DNA of 64,000 nt from an uncultured bacterium (GCA_903826575.1 CAIKEU010000101.1:6096-70095), one strand, 5' to 3'. Positions 1 to 9,805 are shown, numbered from the stretch's first letter. Program-made: numbers and translations. The notes: a model not told the origin generated them from the letters alone.

Positions 1-660
<660 letters not shown>

Positions 661-688
661 CGCGAGCCGACTGCGCCAGGCTTAGTCA

Positions 689-1165
689 CTAGTTCAGTTG
701 GGCGGAAATCGTCTGAGCTCCGGTGACTGCGTCCTCAACGGTCACCGCGAACCGACGTCCGTCCTTGAGCAGGAGTTCAATGCCGGGACCTTTGCGAATA
801 ACTGCGGCCGATGCTTTTGCCCACGGAATCCATCGATAGCCCCAACCACCCCACTTCATGGGGTCCACCATGATGGCATCGGCCGATTCGATGTCTGCGT
901 ATGCGATGACGCGACCAGGCCAGCCGAAGGGTCCAAACCGAATCGAGACGGCAGTTTCCTTCGCATGTACACGCAGCGAGGAGAAGTTGTACGCGAGGAA
1001 GGCAACAAGTAAGCCCACCGCTATCGAGAACCAGCCGGGCCAGGCTGGTTCTCGGGTCCCCCTGAATGCCAATAGCGTGAAGGCGCCGATCGCTACCGCG
1101 ATAAGTGCAACGCCGACGCCCAAGAGTGCGGTGCCTTTGCTCGAGCAACTACCGGTCCAACGCAT
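689..1165 (-). CDS. Conserved hypothetical membrane protein (two TM helices plus a PH-like domain with WGGWGYR)
   Basis: Two N-terminal hydrophobic segments, then a WGGWGYR...RKGPG...GRRFAVTV pattern seen in actinobacterial membrane proteins. Confidence 0.6.
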   Translation of the reverse strand: MRWTGSCSSKGTALLGVGVALIAVAIGAFTLLAFRGTREPAWPGWFSIAVGLLVAFLAYNFSSLRVHAKETAVSIRFGPFGWPGRVIAYADIESADAIMVDPMKWGGWGYRWIPWAKASAAVIRKGPGIELLLKDGRRFAVTVEDAVTGAQTISAQLN

Positions 1166-1185
1166 AGGACTAGTTTAGTTGGCTC

Positions 1186-1725
1186 TTAGGTCAGTGTGGT
1201 GAATCGTCGGTCGTGGTAGAGCAGCGGCCGTGGTGCAGTGGCGTCGGGCATCACGACGTCATGCACCTCGCCGACTATGACCGTGTGCGTAGCCTGTTGC
1301 ATCGAGTTAACGATGCGGCAGATACACGTGGCAACGGCTCCCGTGAGCACCGGCGTACCGCTGTGATGAGCGGTCCACTGCGGGCCGAATCGATTTTCTC
1401 CGCTGAGCCCAGTTCGGCCTGAGAAGTCTGTGGCAATGCCCTCTTGGCCCGCCGCTAAAAGGTTCACCGAAAACCAGCCCGTCGTGCGTAGCATCTTGGC
1501 CAGGCTTGACTCGCGATTGAGGCACACGACCATCATGGGTGGCTCAGTAGATAGCGAACATACCGCGGTAGCGGTGGCACCTGTTCGACCCGCGGTGGGG
1601 CTAGCTGCCGCTGCAATCGTGACGGTCGCCGCGAGTGAACCCATTGCCCGTAGGAATTGATTGGTCAGTTCAGGGTGGGCCGGCCGAATCGACTCGTCGT
1701 AGACCCATAGGTCGTCGCTGGTCAT
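1186..1725 (-). CDS. Flavin reductase family protein (HpaC/RutF-like)
   Basis: GATATAVCSLSTEPP, FSVNLL and ATHTVIVGEV...PLLYHDRRF motifs. Start reassigned to ATG 1725, 2 bp after the upstream gene's stop. Confidence 0.88.
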   Translation of the reverse strand: MTSDDLWVYDESIRPAHPELTNQFLRAMGSLAATVTIAAAASPTAGRTGATATAVCSLSTEPPMMVVCLNRESSLAKMLRTTGWFSVNLLAAGQEGIATDFSGRTGLSGENRFGPQWTAHHSGTPVLTGAVATCICRIVNSMQQATHTVIVGEVHDVVMPDATAPRPLLYHDRRFTTLT

Positions 1726-1727
1726 CC

Positions 1728-3011
1728 TTAGTAGACCCGTCCATACGTGGTGACTTCCCAATCGGTGACGGTCTGCTCCCACCGTGCGATTTCTGCGCGC
1801 TTAATGGTGGTGAAGACGTTCGTCAGATCTTCGCCTAGTGCGTCGACAAGGACCTGGTCGGCCTCGAGGGATACCAGCGCTTCGCCGAGACTGGCGGCAA
1901 CTGCTGGCACCTCCCCCGGGTTTTCCTCGGCATTGCCGGCACTGGGGGCGGGGGGTTCGAGTTTGCGTTCGACGCCATCGAGCGCAGCGGCGAGAAGCCC
2001 GAGCGAGGCTAGGTGTGGTGAGGCGGTGCCATCCGGTGTTCGATGTTCGATCCTCGTTGCGCTACCGCGTTGGCCCGGAATGCGAATACTGGTGAGCCGG
2101 TTGTCGAGCCCCCACGTACCGTAATAACCGGCGAGCATGCCTGGCCGCAATCTCTTGTACGAGTTGATAGTTGGAGCGAAGAGCGCCGAGAGCGCGGTGT
2201 GATGCTCGATCAAGCCCGCGATCGCGTGGCGACATAATTGCGAAATGCCATCAGCTGCTGATGTGTCTGCAAATGCGTTCGCACCCGTCGAATCATTAGC
2301 GCTCATGTTCAGGTGCATACCGTTGCCGACGAGTCCGTCGAATGGTCGTGCCATGAAGGTTGCACCCATACCGCGCGCGAGGGCGATCTCTCGGACCATG
2401 TCGCGGAATAGGAAGGCAGCGTCCGAGGCAGTGAGTGCATCGCGGTAGCGCAGGGACGCTTCCACCTGACCGGGATGGAACTCGCCGTTAACTCCTTCGA
2501 TGTCAAGGTGAGCGCGGTGACCTGCGTCATGAATCGCATCGAGTAATCCGCTCGGGTCGGCGCCGGGACCGGTGCCGTAAACCCGGTGCATCGGTACGTT
2601 GAGGGGCCCCGACTTCAAAGCTGGATCCTCGCTCAGGAAGAACTCCATCTCGAACCCGATCATCGGATCGAGACCGAGATTCCGCCACTTCGAAACCTGC
2701 TCCGCCAGACGAGTGCGAGCGCACAGTGGCAGCGGTCGTCCGTCGCTGAAGTGCAGATTCGTCATGGCGATGAGGCCGTTATCCCACGACGGACGAACCG
2801 TGGCTGGGTCGAGCCGCGCTTCCATGTCGGGGAAACCGTCACCGACGGAATAGTTCGTGATGTCGTCGAACTCAAGATCTAGGCCCTGGATCATCACGGT
2901 GATTGCGTAATGAGTGGGGTGGTCTCGGTGACTATCGCGAACAACTTTGCCGTGGCTCAATCCGAGAACGTCGGTGAAGAGCAGTCGGATCCGCTCATCG
3001 CTATCGCTCAT
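1728..3011 (-). CDS. Glutamine synthetase-like protein (probable gamma-glutamyl-amine ligase, not housekeeping GlnA)
   Basis: GFEMEFFL, EFHPGQVE, ATFMARP...GNGMHLN, NSYKRL, WGLDNR and RIEHR motifs; short, divergent N-terminus. Confidence 0.88.
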   Translation of the reverse strand: MSDSDERIRLLFTDVLGLSHGKVVRDSHRDHPTHYAITVMIQGLDLEFDDITNYSVGDGFPDMEARLDPATVRPSWDNGLIAMTNLHFSDGRPLPLCARTRLAEQVSKWRNLGLDPMIGFEMEFFLSEDPALKSGPLNVPMHRVYGTGPGADPSGLLDAIHDAGHRAHLDIEGVNGEFHPGQVEASLRYRDALTASDAAFLFRDMVREIALARGMGATFMARPFDGLVGNGMHLNMSANDSTGANAFADTSAADGISQLCRHAIAGLIEHHTALSALFAPTINSYKRLRPGMLAGYYGTWGLDNRLTSIRIPGQRGSATRIEHRTPDGTASPHLASLGLLAAALDGVERKLEPPAPSAGNAEENPGEVPAVAASLGEALVSLEADQVLVDALGEDLTNVFTTIKRAEIARWEQTVTDWEVTTYGRVY

Positions 3012-4066
3012 GTACTTATCCCGTCTGGTGCTGCGAGTTCGCCCTGAAGGTGACCATTCTTCACGACGGCCACACCGTCTAACTCAACGGTGCACTCGCG
3101 CATCGGCAAATCGAAGTGGCATGGTGAAAATCGCTGCGCGTTTTCGTTAGCACCCGTGCTGTACATGAAGTTGCCCTCAAATGCGCGTGCCTCAGTGCCG
3201 TTGATATCGCTGCGATCGTAAAGGTCGATGTAGTCCCAGCGGGCGGCCGGATTCATCCCCCAGCCGAGGTGCGACGATGCGTAGGCATCTCGGCTGTTGA
3301 ACGCTGACATGTAACTAGCCAGTTGCTTCGCCTCATAACCGTCACCGGTGATCTCGGTGACGTAGTCATCGACCACCGTCATCGTGATCGGTGACGTGAC
3401 GTACTTCTTGAAGGTCAGGTTGATGTCGCCGGCAGCTAGGACGATCGTGCCGTTGACTGTCCCTGGCGCCGGGAATGCTAAGACGAGGCCACCGGGCCAG
3501 TGCGCGATGCTGCCGGGGCCGTCCGTTACGCCGGTTGAGCCGGCGCGGAACGATCCGTCGAGGTGCACCGTGAGGTCGGTGCCAGCCCCGCTGGTGACGC
3601 GCATCGTCGACGCGGCGCAGATCATGTCGTAGCCCTTGGCGACGCGATCGGCCATCCCCGAGTCGTGGGGGAGGCGCTCGAAATTCTCTGGGTGCTCATT
3701 ACTGATCATCAGCACCCGCGTGCCAGCGCCGAGAATCGCGCCGAGCTCACGTGAATGTAGGAGGCCTTCAACCGTGCAGTCAACGACGAAATCGGCAGTT
3801 TGTAGAGCAACGATGGCGGCCTCGATGCTCCCCAGTGCAAGGGACGTTCCTGTGGAGCGTAGGGCGACTGGTCCGGGGTTTGCAGGTGTTGGCATCACCA
3901 CCTGAAAGGTGTCGGCGCCTAGGGCTTGTGCGGCGAGTACGGCAGTGTCGACGAGTTCGCGTCGGCTACCCGTTTCCGACAGAACGACACAGGTTTCCGT
4001 CTCATTTAGGCCGCACAACGCGAACTGCTGCCGAAATCTTGAGAGCCAGCGCCATTCAGTGTTCAC
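3008..4066 (-). CDS. NicX-like 2,5-dihydroxypyridine dioxygenase / 'peptidase M29' family protein
   Basis: LLHS, HWPGG, SHLGWG, ARAFEGNFMYSTGANE and CHFDLPMREC match the motif order of Pseudomonas NicX as I recall it. 4-bp overlap with the GS-like gene. Confidence 0.72.
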   Translation of the reverse strand: MNTEWRWLSRFRQQFALCGLNETETCVVLSETGSRRELVDTAVLAAQALGADTFQVVMPTPANPGPVALRSTGTSLALGSIEAAIVALQTADFVVDCTVEGLLHSRELGAILGAGTRVLMISNEHPENFERLPHDSGMADRVAKGYDMICAASTMRVTSGAGTDLTVHLDGSFRAGSTGVTDGPGSIAHWPGGLVLAFPAPGTVNGTIVLAAGDINLTFKKYVTSPITMTVVDDYVTEITGDGYEAKQLASYMSAFNSRDAYASSHLGWGMNPAARWDYIDLYDRSDINGTEARAFEGNFMYSTGANENAQRFSPCHFDLPMRECTVELDGVAVVKNGHLQGELAAPDGIST

Positions 4067-4108
4067 CTGAGCAGGTTATCCGGTATGTGCCTGCGTTCCC
4101 ATCCCGAA

Positions 4109-4123
4109 GTCAACGGTGTTGAC
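4109..4123. promoter_or_regulatory. Palindromic operator candidate GTCAAC-N3-GTTGAC in divergent promoter
   Basis: Perfect 6-bp inverted repeat in the ~90-bp gap between divergent genes; overlaps TTGACA at 4119-4124. Confidence 0.5.
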
Positions 4124-4154
4124 ATGGTTCGGCGGACGGAAGAAACTTGCCACT

Positions 4155-5360
4155 ATGACGACTCTTGCTTCCGTTGACAGCCCCGCGCGCGATCGCGTCG
4201 AGTACCGCGATGCTCTCGTAGCCCAAATTCGTGCCCTTGGCCCAGTTTTCGCTGAGCGAGCCGTTCGCTATGACCGAGAAGCGTCGTTCCCGTTCGAAAA
4301 CTTTTCTGATCTTCGCGATATCGGGTTTTTGGGCCTGTGCGTTCCGACCGAGTACGGCGGGCTCGGAGCCACCTTGGCTGACTACTCGCGCGTTTCCGCC
4401 GAGATTGGTCGCTACTGCGGTGCGACAGCGCTCACGTTCAATATGCACAACGCCACCATGATCTGGGCCGGCGAAGTTGCCGACATGTTGGATATGACCG
4501 ATGAGGCGCGAGCCCTGCACAACGAGCGTCGAGCAGAAATCTTCCGCGGTGTTATCGAAGACGGGATGATTCATAGTCAGCCGTTCAGCGAAGGTGTGTC
4601 TGCCGGTGCGACGTCGGGCGTCATGACCCGCGCGGAAATTGTTGAGGGCGGCTACCGCGTCTCGGGTAAGAAGATTTTCGCTTCGCTGTCAGGTGCAGCC
4701 GATCGCTACAACATCACCTGTCAGGTACCGGGTGAACCGTTCATCCGCCTTCTGTCAGTGGACAGTAACGCCGAGGGTGTCGAGATTGTTGGCGAGTGGG
4801 ACCCACTCGGCATGCGCGGTACGGTTTCGCGCACGCTCATCTTCACCGACGCGTTCGTTCCCGCAGATCAAGAAGTTCTGCCGCCCGGCTCCTATGACGA
4901 AGCGGCGCAACGCTTCCCGTTCGTCTTCATGTCGCTTGCACCGTCTTACCTCGGTGTGACGCAAGGGGTTCTCGATTTTGTGCGCGGCTACCTTCGTGGA
5001 GACATTGCCGGCACACCTAGTGGGCCGCCGCGGCGCGATCTACCGCAGAAGCAACACGGCTGGGCGCAGTTGCAGATCTCGTACGAACAGAGTCGCGCGC
5101 TGCTCTACGACGTCCTCGATAACACTCGTATCGATCCTGACGAGGAGCTACTCGCACGTGCGTGGGCTGCGGTATACACGACAATGGAAACCGCGAATGA
5201 GGTTGCAGCACTTGGGGTCCGCGTGTGCGGCGGGCAGTCGATGCTGAAGCATTTGCCACTCGAGCGTCTCTACCGCGACTCCCGTCTTGGCGCGCTCATG
5301 CTGCCGTGGAGCGGCGAGGTGTGTCTGGACAGACTAGGAACAGCAAAGCTTTACGACTAA
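4155..5360 (+). CDS. Acyl-CoA dehydrogenase family protein (possible flavin-dependent monooxygenase)
   Basis: GLCVPTEYGGLG, SGKKIFASLS, WDPLGMRGTVS and LERLYRDSR motifs. ATG 4155 preferred over the TTG at 4116. Confidence 0.88.
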   Translation: MTTLASVDSPARDRVEYRDALVAQIRALGPVFAERAVRYDREASFPFENFSDLRDIGFLGLCVPTEYGGLGATLADYSRVSAEIGRYCGATALTFNMHNATMIWAGEVADMLDMTDEARALHNERRAEIFRGVIEDGMIHSQPFSEGVSAGATSGVMTRAEIVEGGYRVSGKKIFASLSGAADRYNITCQVPGEPFIRLLSVDSNAEGVEIVGEWDPLGMRGTVSRTLIFTDAFVPADQEVLPPGSYDEAAQRFPFVFMSLAPSYLGVTQGVLDFVRGYLRGDIAGTPSGPPRRDLPQKQHGWAQLQISYEQSRALLYDVLDNTRIDPDEELLARAWAAVYTTMETANEVAALGVRVCGGQSMLKHLPLERLYRDSRLGALMLPWSGEVCLDRLGTAKLYD

Positions 5361-5398
5361 CGATCATGGGGTACCGTGGCCATTGAGGTCACTCGGGG

Positions 5399-6304
5399 GT
5401 GCCCATGGGAGCGAAGGATCATTCGGTTCTTGGGAAACGATTGGTAAAGCAGCCGTTTCCCGATGTTCTAACGCTCGTTGGCCGTGAATTGGCACAGGCC
5501 GTGCTCGTTGCTGCGCCGTCGGCGCAAGCGGGATCCGATGAGGGAATCCATGTACAGCGCGTGGCGGTTCGACGCCTTCGCAGTCTGATCCGTTGTTGTG
5601 TGCCCGTTCTTCGTAGCTCCGATATTGATGAGTTCGCCGAAGATCTGTCCTGGCTCGGGTCAGCACTTGGTGCGAGGCGCGACGTTGACGTCCTTGAGAA
5701 TCACCTCCGGTCCGCGATCAATGCGCTACCGCTTGATGATCGAAGCGAATCGGCCGCGCGTGTTGATGAGTATGTGCTGAAGCTCTATTCAGCGGCTGAT
5801 GTACGGCTAGGCGAGGTGTTCACTTCGGAACGTTATGCCAACCTCGGTGAGCAGTTGGTGGCTGTTGAACTCGGCGCCTTCGTTCGGGCGGATACCCCGG
5901 TATCGGTTGAGACGGTCGTCGGAGAACTGATTCATGGCTCATGGCGGCGGCTGGCAAAGTCAGTGGATCACATTCACAGCGAATCGGATATCACCGAATG
6001 GCATCGGGTGCGTACAAAGGCCAAGAAGCTCCGCTATGTGGTGGAAGTATTCACCCCAATCTTTGGTAGGGATTATGAACGTCTCGGCCGACGCCTAGCT
6101 GCCGTGACCGACGAACTTGGCGAGCAAAGAGACGCGTACGCCTGCTCCGAAGCGCTGGCCGAAATTGCAGGTAATGTTCCGGGGCACCTAGCGTTTGAGT
6201 TCGGACGGATGGCCTTTATTCAGGAGATTCGGAGCGTCACTGCGGCCGAGGAGTTTCCTGCGCTGTGGCGCAGAGTGCGCAGTAGTTTCGAGTCGGCGGT
6301 CTAG
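5399..6304 (+). CDS. CHAD domain-containing protein
   Basis: IHVQRVAVRRLRS, LGARRDVDV, WHRVRTKAKKLRY and LGEQRD motifs. Confidence 0.88.
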   Translation: MPMGAKDHSVLGKRLVKQPFPDVLTLVGRELAQAVLVAAPSAQAGSDEGIHVQRVAVRRLRSLIRCCVPVLRSSDIDEFAEDLSWLGSALGARRDVDVLENHLRSAINALPLDDRSESAARVDEYVLKLYSAADVRLGEVFTSERYANLGEQLVAVELGAFVRADTPVSVETVVGELIHGSWRRLAKSVDHIHSESDITEWHRVRTKAKKLRYVVEVFTPIFGRDYERLGRRLAAVTDELGEQRDAYACSEALAEIAGNVPGHLAFEFGRMAFIQEIRSVTAAEEFPALWRRVRSSFESAV

Positions 6305-7245
6305 TGCGTCAAGGCTTGAACAGCACGCATTCTCTCGCCGACTAACTGAGCATCGAGTTTAGTGAACTCTTGGCTGTTCATTGAGATAATTTCGTTTTTG
6401 TATCCACTTTCGACTGCGTACCAAATGCCAACTAAATTAGTTTTGTCTCGGCAATGGGCGTCACTGGTGGCAGTGCGAAGCTCGTCAGTCGTGGGAGGTT
6501 CGTCCATCTTCCAGCCCGCATCGTTTGCTTGCCAAGGCGAACTGAATTTAAGCCCAAAGCCGGCCATGCATTCAGACCAAGCCCGCCATGCAACTTGAAC
6601 CCGTTCGTCGTTCTCTGCGAAAGTCGACGCATCGTGACTACGTGAGTTCGCGACCTCGGGGTCAAGTGGGTTCGGACCAACTAACTGAGACCACGCTTGG
6701 GTGTAGCAGCCCCCGTTAGGGAGTGGATTAACATCCCGATCTTTCAGTGCGTCCGCGCCCGGCCCGGTCCCGTACGCTGTCAACTCTTCAAGCGGCGACG
6801 GAGTCCATGCGCTGGACGCCCCCTTGTCGTTGGAACTGCTGGAGGGATCCGCTGCCGCAGGCGCGTGGTAACCGAGAACTTGCGCTTCGGCCAGCGATGC
6901 AATTCCGTAGTGACGACTATTGTCGATTGGAACGGTTGTTATGTTGCCAGAGTTGCTGTTCGCAACCCCGAAACGGTTCTCACATGCGCTAGCTAGAACT
7001 ATGGTTGCGCGGCTCATCAGTAGTTGATCGTCTGGTGAAAGTTCGTATCTGTCCATGGGGTACGTCAGCGCCGACGCGTCGCTGACCCTGGGTGGTGATG
7101 ACGAGATGGTTGGGGGTGCTGGTACAAGGTCGCCTGCCGAAGCGCCCACTTGTCCATTGATCGCAGCAATTCCTGCGCCGGTTGCCATGACTGTGAGGCA
7201 AATCGTGACGGTTGAACTCGAAAAAAATCGTCGGCCGTGTCCCAT
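6301..7245 (-). CDS. Hypothetical exported protein (Streptomyces-type, four Cys in the mature region)
   Basis: N-terminal hydrophobic/signal segment; YPMDRY..AC, GGCY, WSECM and AxSDAHCR pattern; 9 bp downstream of the crystallin-like gene. Confidence 0.6.
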   Translation of the reverse strand: MGHGRRFFSSSTVTICLTVMATGAGIAAINGQVGASAGDLVPAPPTISSSPPRVSDASALTYPMDRYELSPDDQLLMSRATIVLASACENRFGVANSNSGNITTVPIDNSRHYGIASLAEAQVLGYHAPAAADPSSSSNDKGASSAWTPSPLEELTAYGTGPGADALKDRDVNPLPNGGCYTQAWSQLVGPNPLDPEVANSRSHDASTFAENDERVQVAWRAWSECMAGFGLKFSSPWQANDAGWKMDEPPTTDELRTATSDAHCRDKTNLVGIWYAVESGYKNEIISMNSQEFTKLDAQLVGERMRAVQALTH

Positions 7246-7254
7246 ATCATCACC

Positions 7255-7674
7255 TTAAGAAACGTAGAAGGACGAAATTCGGTCGTTCCACCCGGCGGCA
7301 GTCGCATCCCAGCTTGCGCCCATGTCCTTGTAATGAGGACTGCTCGTTGGATAGAAACTGCCACCGTAATTGACGTTCACATATATCTGCACGTCGCAGC
7401 CGTTGAAGTCCTTACCTGAACTTATCTGATCATTCCAAGCGTCCGAGACATACGAGATTGAGTCGTCGTGATCGGTCACCTCTGGCGTGCACGCACCTGT
7501 TCCGACAACCTTGAAAAGACCGCCGGCGAAGCCGGCATGTTCGAAGAATTGAACCCTAGTTAACGAACCGCTGCCAACCGTTCTGTTGGCGACTGCGTTG
7601 GCACTTGTCGAGGTAACGAAAATGGAGGTCAATGCGCTGACAATGGCAATCCCGAAAATTATCGGCGAACGCAT
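7255..7674 (-). CDS. Secreted beta/gamma-crystallin-fold protein (peptidase inhibitor I36-like)
   Basis: Signal peptide ending ANA; two Greek-key repeats FFEHAGFAG...WNDQISS and IYVNVNYGG...WNDRISS; GGAG RBS before ATG 7674. Confidence 0.75.
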   Translation of the reverse strand: MRSPIIFGIAIVSALTSIFVTSTSANAVANRTVGSGSLTRVQFFEHAGFAGGLFKVVGTGACTPEVTDHDDSISYVSDAWNDQISSGKDFNGCDVQIYVNVNYGGSFYPTSSPHYKDMGASWDATAAGWNDRISSFYVS

Positions 7675-7714
7675 ATCATTCTCCAGCAGTCGCGCGGAAG
7701 TTGAACATATCTGA

Positions 7715-7743
7715 TGTATATCCGTATATTTACAACATGTCAA
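7715..7743 (-). promoter_or_regulatory. Sigma70-type promoter for the crystallin-like operon
   Basis: TTGACA (7743-7738), 17-bp spacer, TATACA (7720-7715). The -35 lies within a TGTCA-N8-TGACA inverted repeat. Confidence 0.6.
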
Positions 7744-7869
7744 GAAGGTCTGACAAATAGACACATTCATCGTTAAGTTGCGCAACAAGAGATTATGAGA
7801 AATCTAAAAAGACGTTTTTGCATGCCACTTTTCATCACGTATGAGTAGCGCAGGAATTGGACTCAATGC

Positions 7870-7905
7870 AAAAACTGGCCGACCCCAAAGGGTCGACCAG
7901 TTTTT
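7870..7905 (-). terminator. Intrinsic terminator, identical to the one at 8083-8118
   Basis: AAAAACTGG-CCGACCC-CAAA-GGGTCGA-CCAGTTTTT hairpin. Confidence 0.75.
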
Positions 7906-7973
7906 AGTCGGGGTGGCGGGACCCCGTCGAGGTGCCTGGCGGCACCTCTTCCTCCTCGAATCCCCGGACCCCA

Positions 7974-8012
7974 AAAAAATGATGGCCGGCCCCGTAGGGC
8001 CAGCCATCATTT
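7974..8012 (-). terminator. Intrinsic terminator (variant, middle repeat unit)
   Basis: AAATGATGG...GGCCC-CGTA-GGGCC...CCATCATTT hairpin with a T-run on the minus strand. Confidence 0.72.
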
Positions 8013-8080
8013 AGTCGGGGTGGCGGGACCCGTCGGATCACCTTCGGCGCTCCTCCTCCCGAATCCCACTCAGCTCGATT

Positions 8081-8118
8081 AAAAAAACTGGCCGACCCCA
8101 AAGGGTCGACCAGTTTTT
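8081..8118 (-). terminator. Intrinsic terminator directly after tRNA-Pro
   Basis: Same hairpin as 7870-7905, followed by T7 on the minus strand. Confidence 0.8.
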
Positions 8119-8120
8119 AG

Positions 8121-8194
<74 letters not shown>

Positions 8195-8207
8195 GTGGAG
8201 CCTGATG

Positions 8208-8236
8208 AGTCTACGGGGCCGACGCCGCGCTACCAA
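8208..8236 (-). promoter_or_regulatory. Probable tRNA-Pro promoter
   Basis: TTGGTA - 17 bp - TAGACT just upstream of the tRNA. Confidence 0.55.
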
Positions 8237-8276
8237 AACCGGTCTGCTCAAAACGACGCGTGACCGAACTGAGAAG

Positions 8277-9179
8277 TTAATCGAGACTCCCGGTGAGTGT
8301 CAGCAATGTGGCCTCGGGAGGGCAAGCGAAGCGGACAGGTGCATACGGCGAGGTACCGAGTCCAGCGCTCACGTGGAGATACGCACCGGACTCATCATCG
8401 GCTGGATGTCGGGATAAACCCTTGGCGCGCTTGGTATCTAAGTCGCAATTCGTCACTAGTGCACCAACGCCGGGAACGCACAATTGCCCTCCATGGGTGT
8501 GGCCAGCCAGGATTAAGTCGGCGTGGTCAGCCGTCATCGCATCCAAGACGCGTAGATACGGGGCATGGGCGACCCCAAGTCGAAGGTCAGCATCTGCATT
8601 GAATGGCCCAGCCACAACGTCGTAGCGATCCCTTTGAATATGTGGATCGTCCACTCCCCGCACATCCCAGTGCCGCCCCGCGACGTCGATAGAACTTCGG
8701 GCATTCGATAAATCGTGCCAGCCTGCGGCTGTCAGTCCCTTAATCAGTTCGCCCCAGGGAAGTTCGGGCCGCTGCGCGTCCATCTCGGATGGGCCGCGCA
8801 GGTACTTCCACGGTTGCACTGGCGTCGGTGCGTAGTAGTCGTTAGAACCAAGTACAAATAGGCCGGCAATCCCAAGCAGCGGGTCAAGGGCGTCCATCAC
8901 AACAGGTACTGCCCGCTGATGGGCAAGGAAATCGCCGGTCACAACGACCAAATCCGGTTCCAATGCGGCGAGTGACTGGACCCAAGCTACTCGACCCTTA
9001 TGGCGCGGTGTTAGATGCAGATCCGATAGGTGCAGGACTTTGATCGGTGCCCCATGAGCCCGGCCTAGTGGAACATCCACGCGACGCAGGATGTAGCGGT
9101 GTGCCTCGGTAATGGCATAAGCCAAGCCCGCAGCACCAACGGCCGACGCGCCGACAAGTCCTTTCACCACTGCACCCAC
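8277..9179 (-). CDS. Metallophosphoesterase
   Basis: HLSDLH, TGDF, GSND and AGHTHGGQ calcineurin-like motifs; conserved position next to tRNA-Pro and yqeY. Confidence 0.92.
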   Translation of the reverse strand: MGAVVKGLVGASAVGAAGLAYAITEAHRYILRRVDVPLGRAHGAPIKVLHLSDLHLTPRHKGRVAWVQSLAALEPDLVVVTGDFLAHQRAVPVVMDALDPLLGIAGLFVLGSNDYYAPTPVQPWKYLRGPSEMDAQRPELPWGELIKGLTAAGWHDLSNARSSIDVAGRHWDVRGVDDPHIQRDRYDVVAGPFNADADLRLGVAHAPYLRVLDAMTADHADLILAGHTHGGQLCVPGVGALVTNCDLDTKRAKGLSRHPADDESGAYLHVSAGLGTSPYAPVRFACPPEATLLTLTGSLD

Positions 9180-9301
9180 GGGCTAAGGATCCCATGAACA
9201 CGCCGTCTCAGCGCTACACCGCCGCGTCGGATCGAGGGTGGGCGGGCGCTACGTGGCTAAAATCTGCGATCGAGCAGAGCTCGAGATGCGAAGATGTCCA
9301 T

Positions 9302-9757
9302 ATGAGTTCACTTGAGCAGCAGTTACATGACGACCTAACCGATTCGATCCGTTCCCGTGACGAAGTCAGGTCGTCGACCCTGCGGATGGCACTCACGGCC
9401 ATCAAGAACGAGGCTGTCTCCGGCGACGAGGCTCGTGAACTCTCCGACGCAGACGTCATTGCGGTGCTCGGACGCGAGGCAAAGAAGCGACGCGAGGCGG
9501 CGACCGCATATGACGACGCAGCTCGACCGGAATTGGCCGCGCGCGAGCGCGCAGAGCTCGAGGTACTTGCTACGTACCTACCGGCCCAACTCACCGATGA
9601 CGAACTAGCAGCGCTTGTTGCGCAAGCTATTGTCGAAACTGGTGCGGATTCACCTAAGCAGATGGGTGCAGTGATGAAGGTGCTCACCGCGCGAATCGCT
9701 GGCCGGGCAGATGGTGGACGAGTCTCGTCAGCGGTTAAGACCGCTCTCAATCACTAG
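9302..9757 (+). CDS. GatB/YqeY domain protein
   Basis: STLRMAL.AIKNE, REAKKRREAA, E..VL..YLP.QL and KQMGAVMK motifs. Start reassigned to ATG 9302. Confidence 0.93.
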   Translation: MSSLEQQLHDDLTDSIRSRDEVRSSTLRMALTAIKNEAVSGDEARELSDADVIAVLGREAKKRREAATAYDDAARPELAARERAELEVLATYLPAQLTDDELAALVAQAIVETGADSPKQMGAVMKVLTARIAGRADGGRVSSAVKTALNH

Positions 9758-9805
9758 TACCGCATCACAACAACCAGACACGCGTCACCGGGCCCGTAAG
9801 GCTGA

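Noticed and set aside
1728-3011. Housekeeping glnA
   Set aside because: Short divergent N-terminus, no recognisable adenylylation-site motif, and a catabolic context point to a GS-like ligase.
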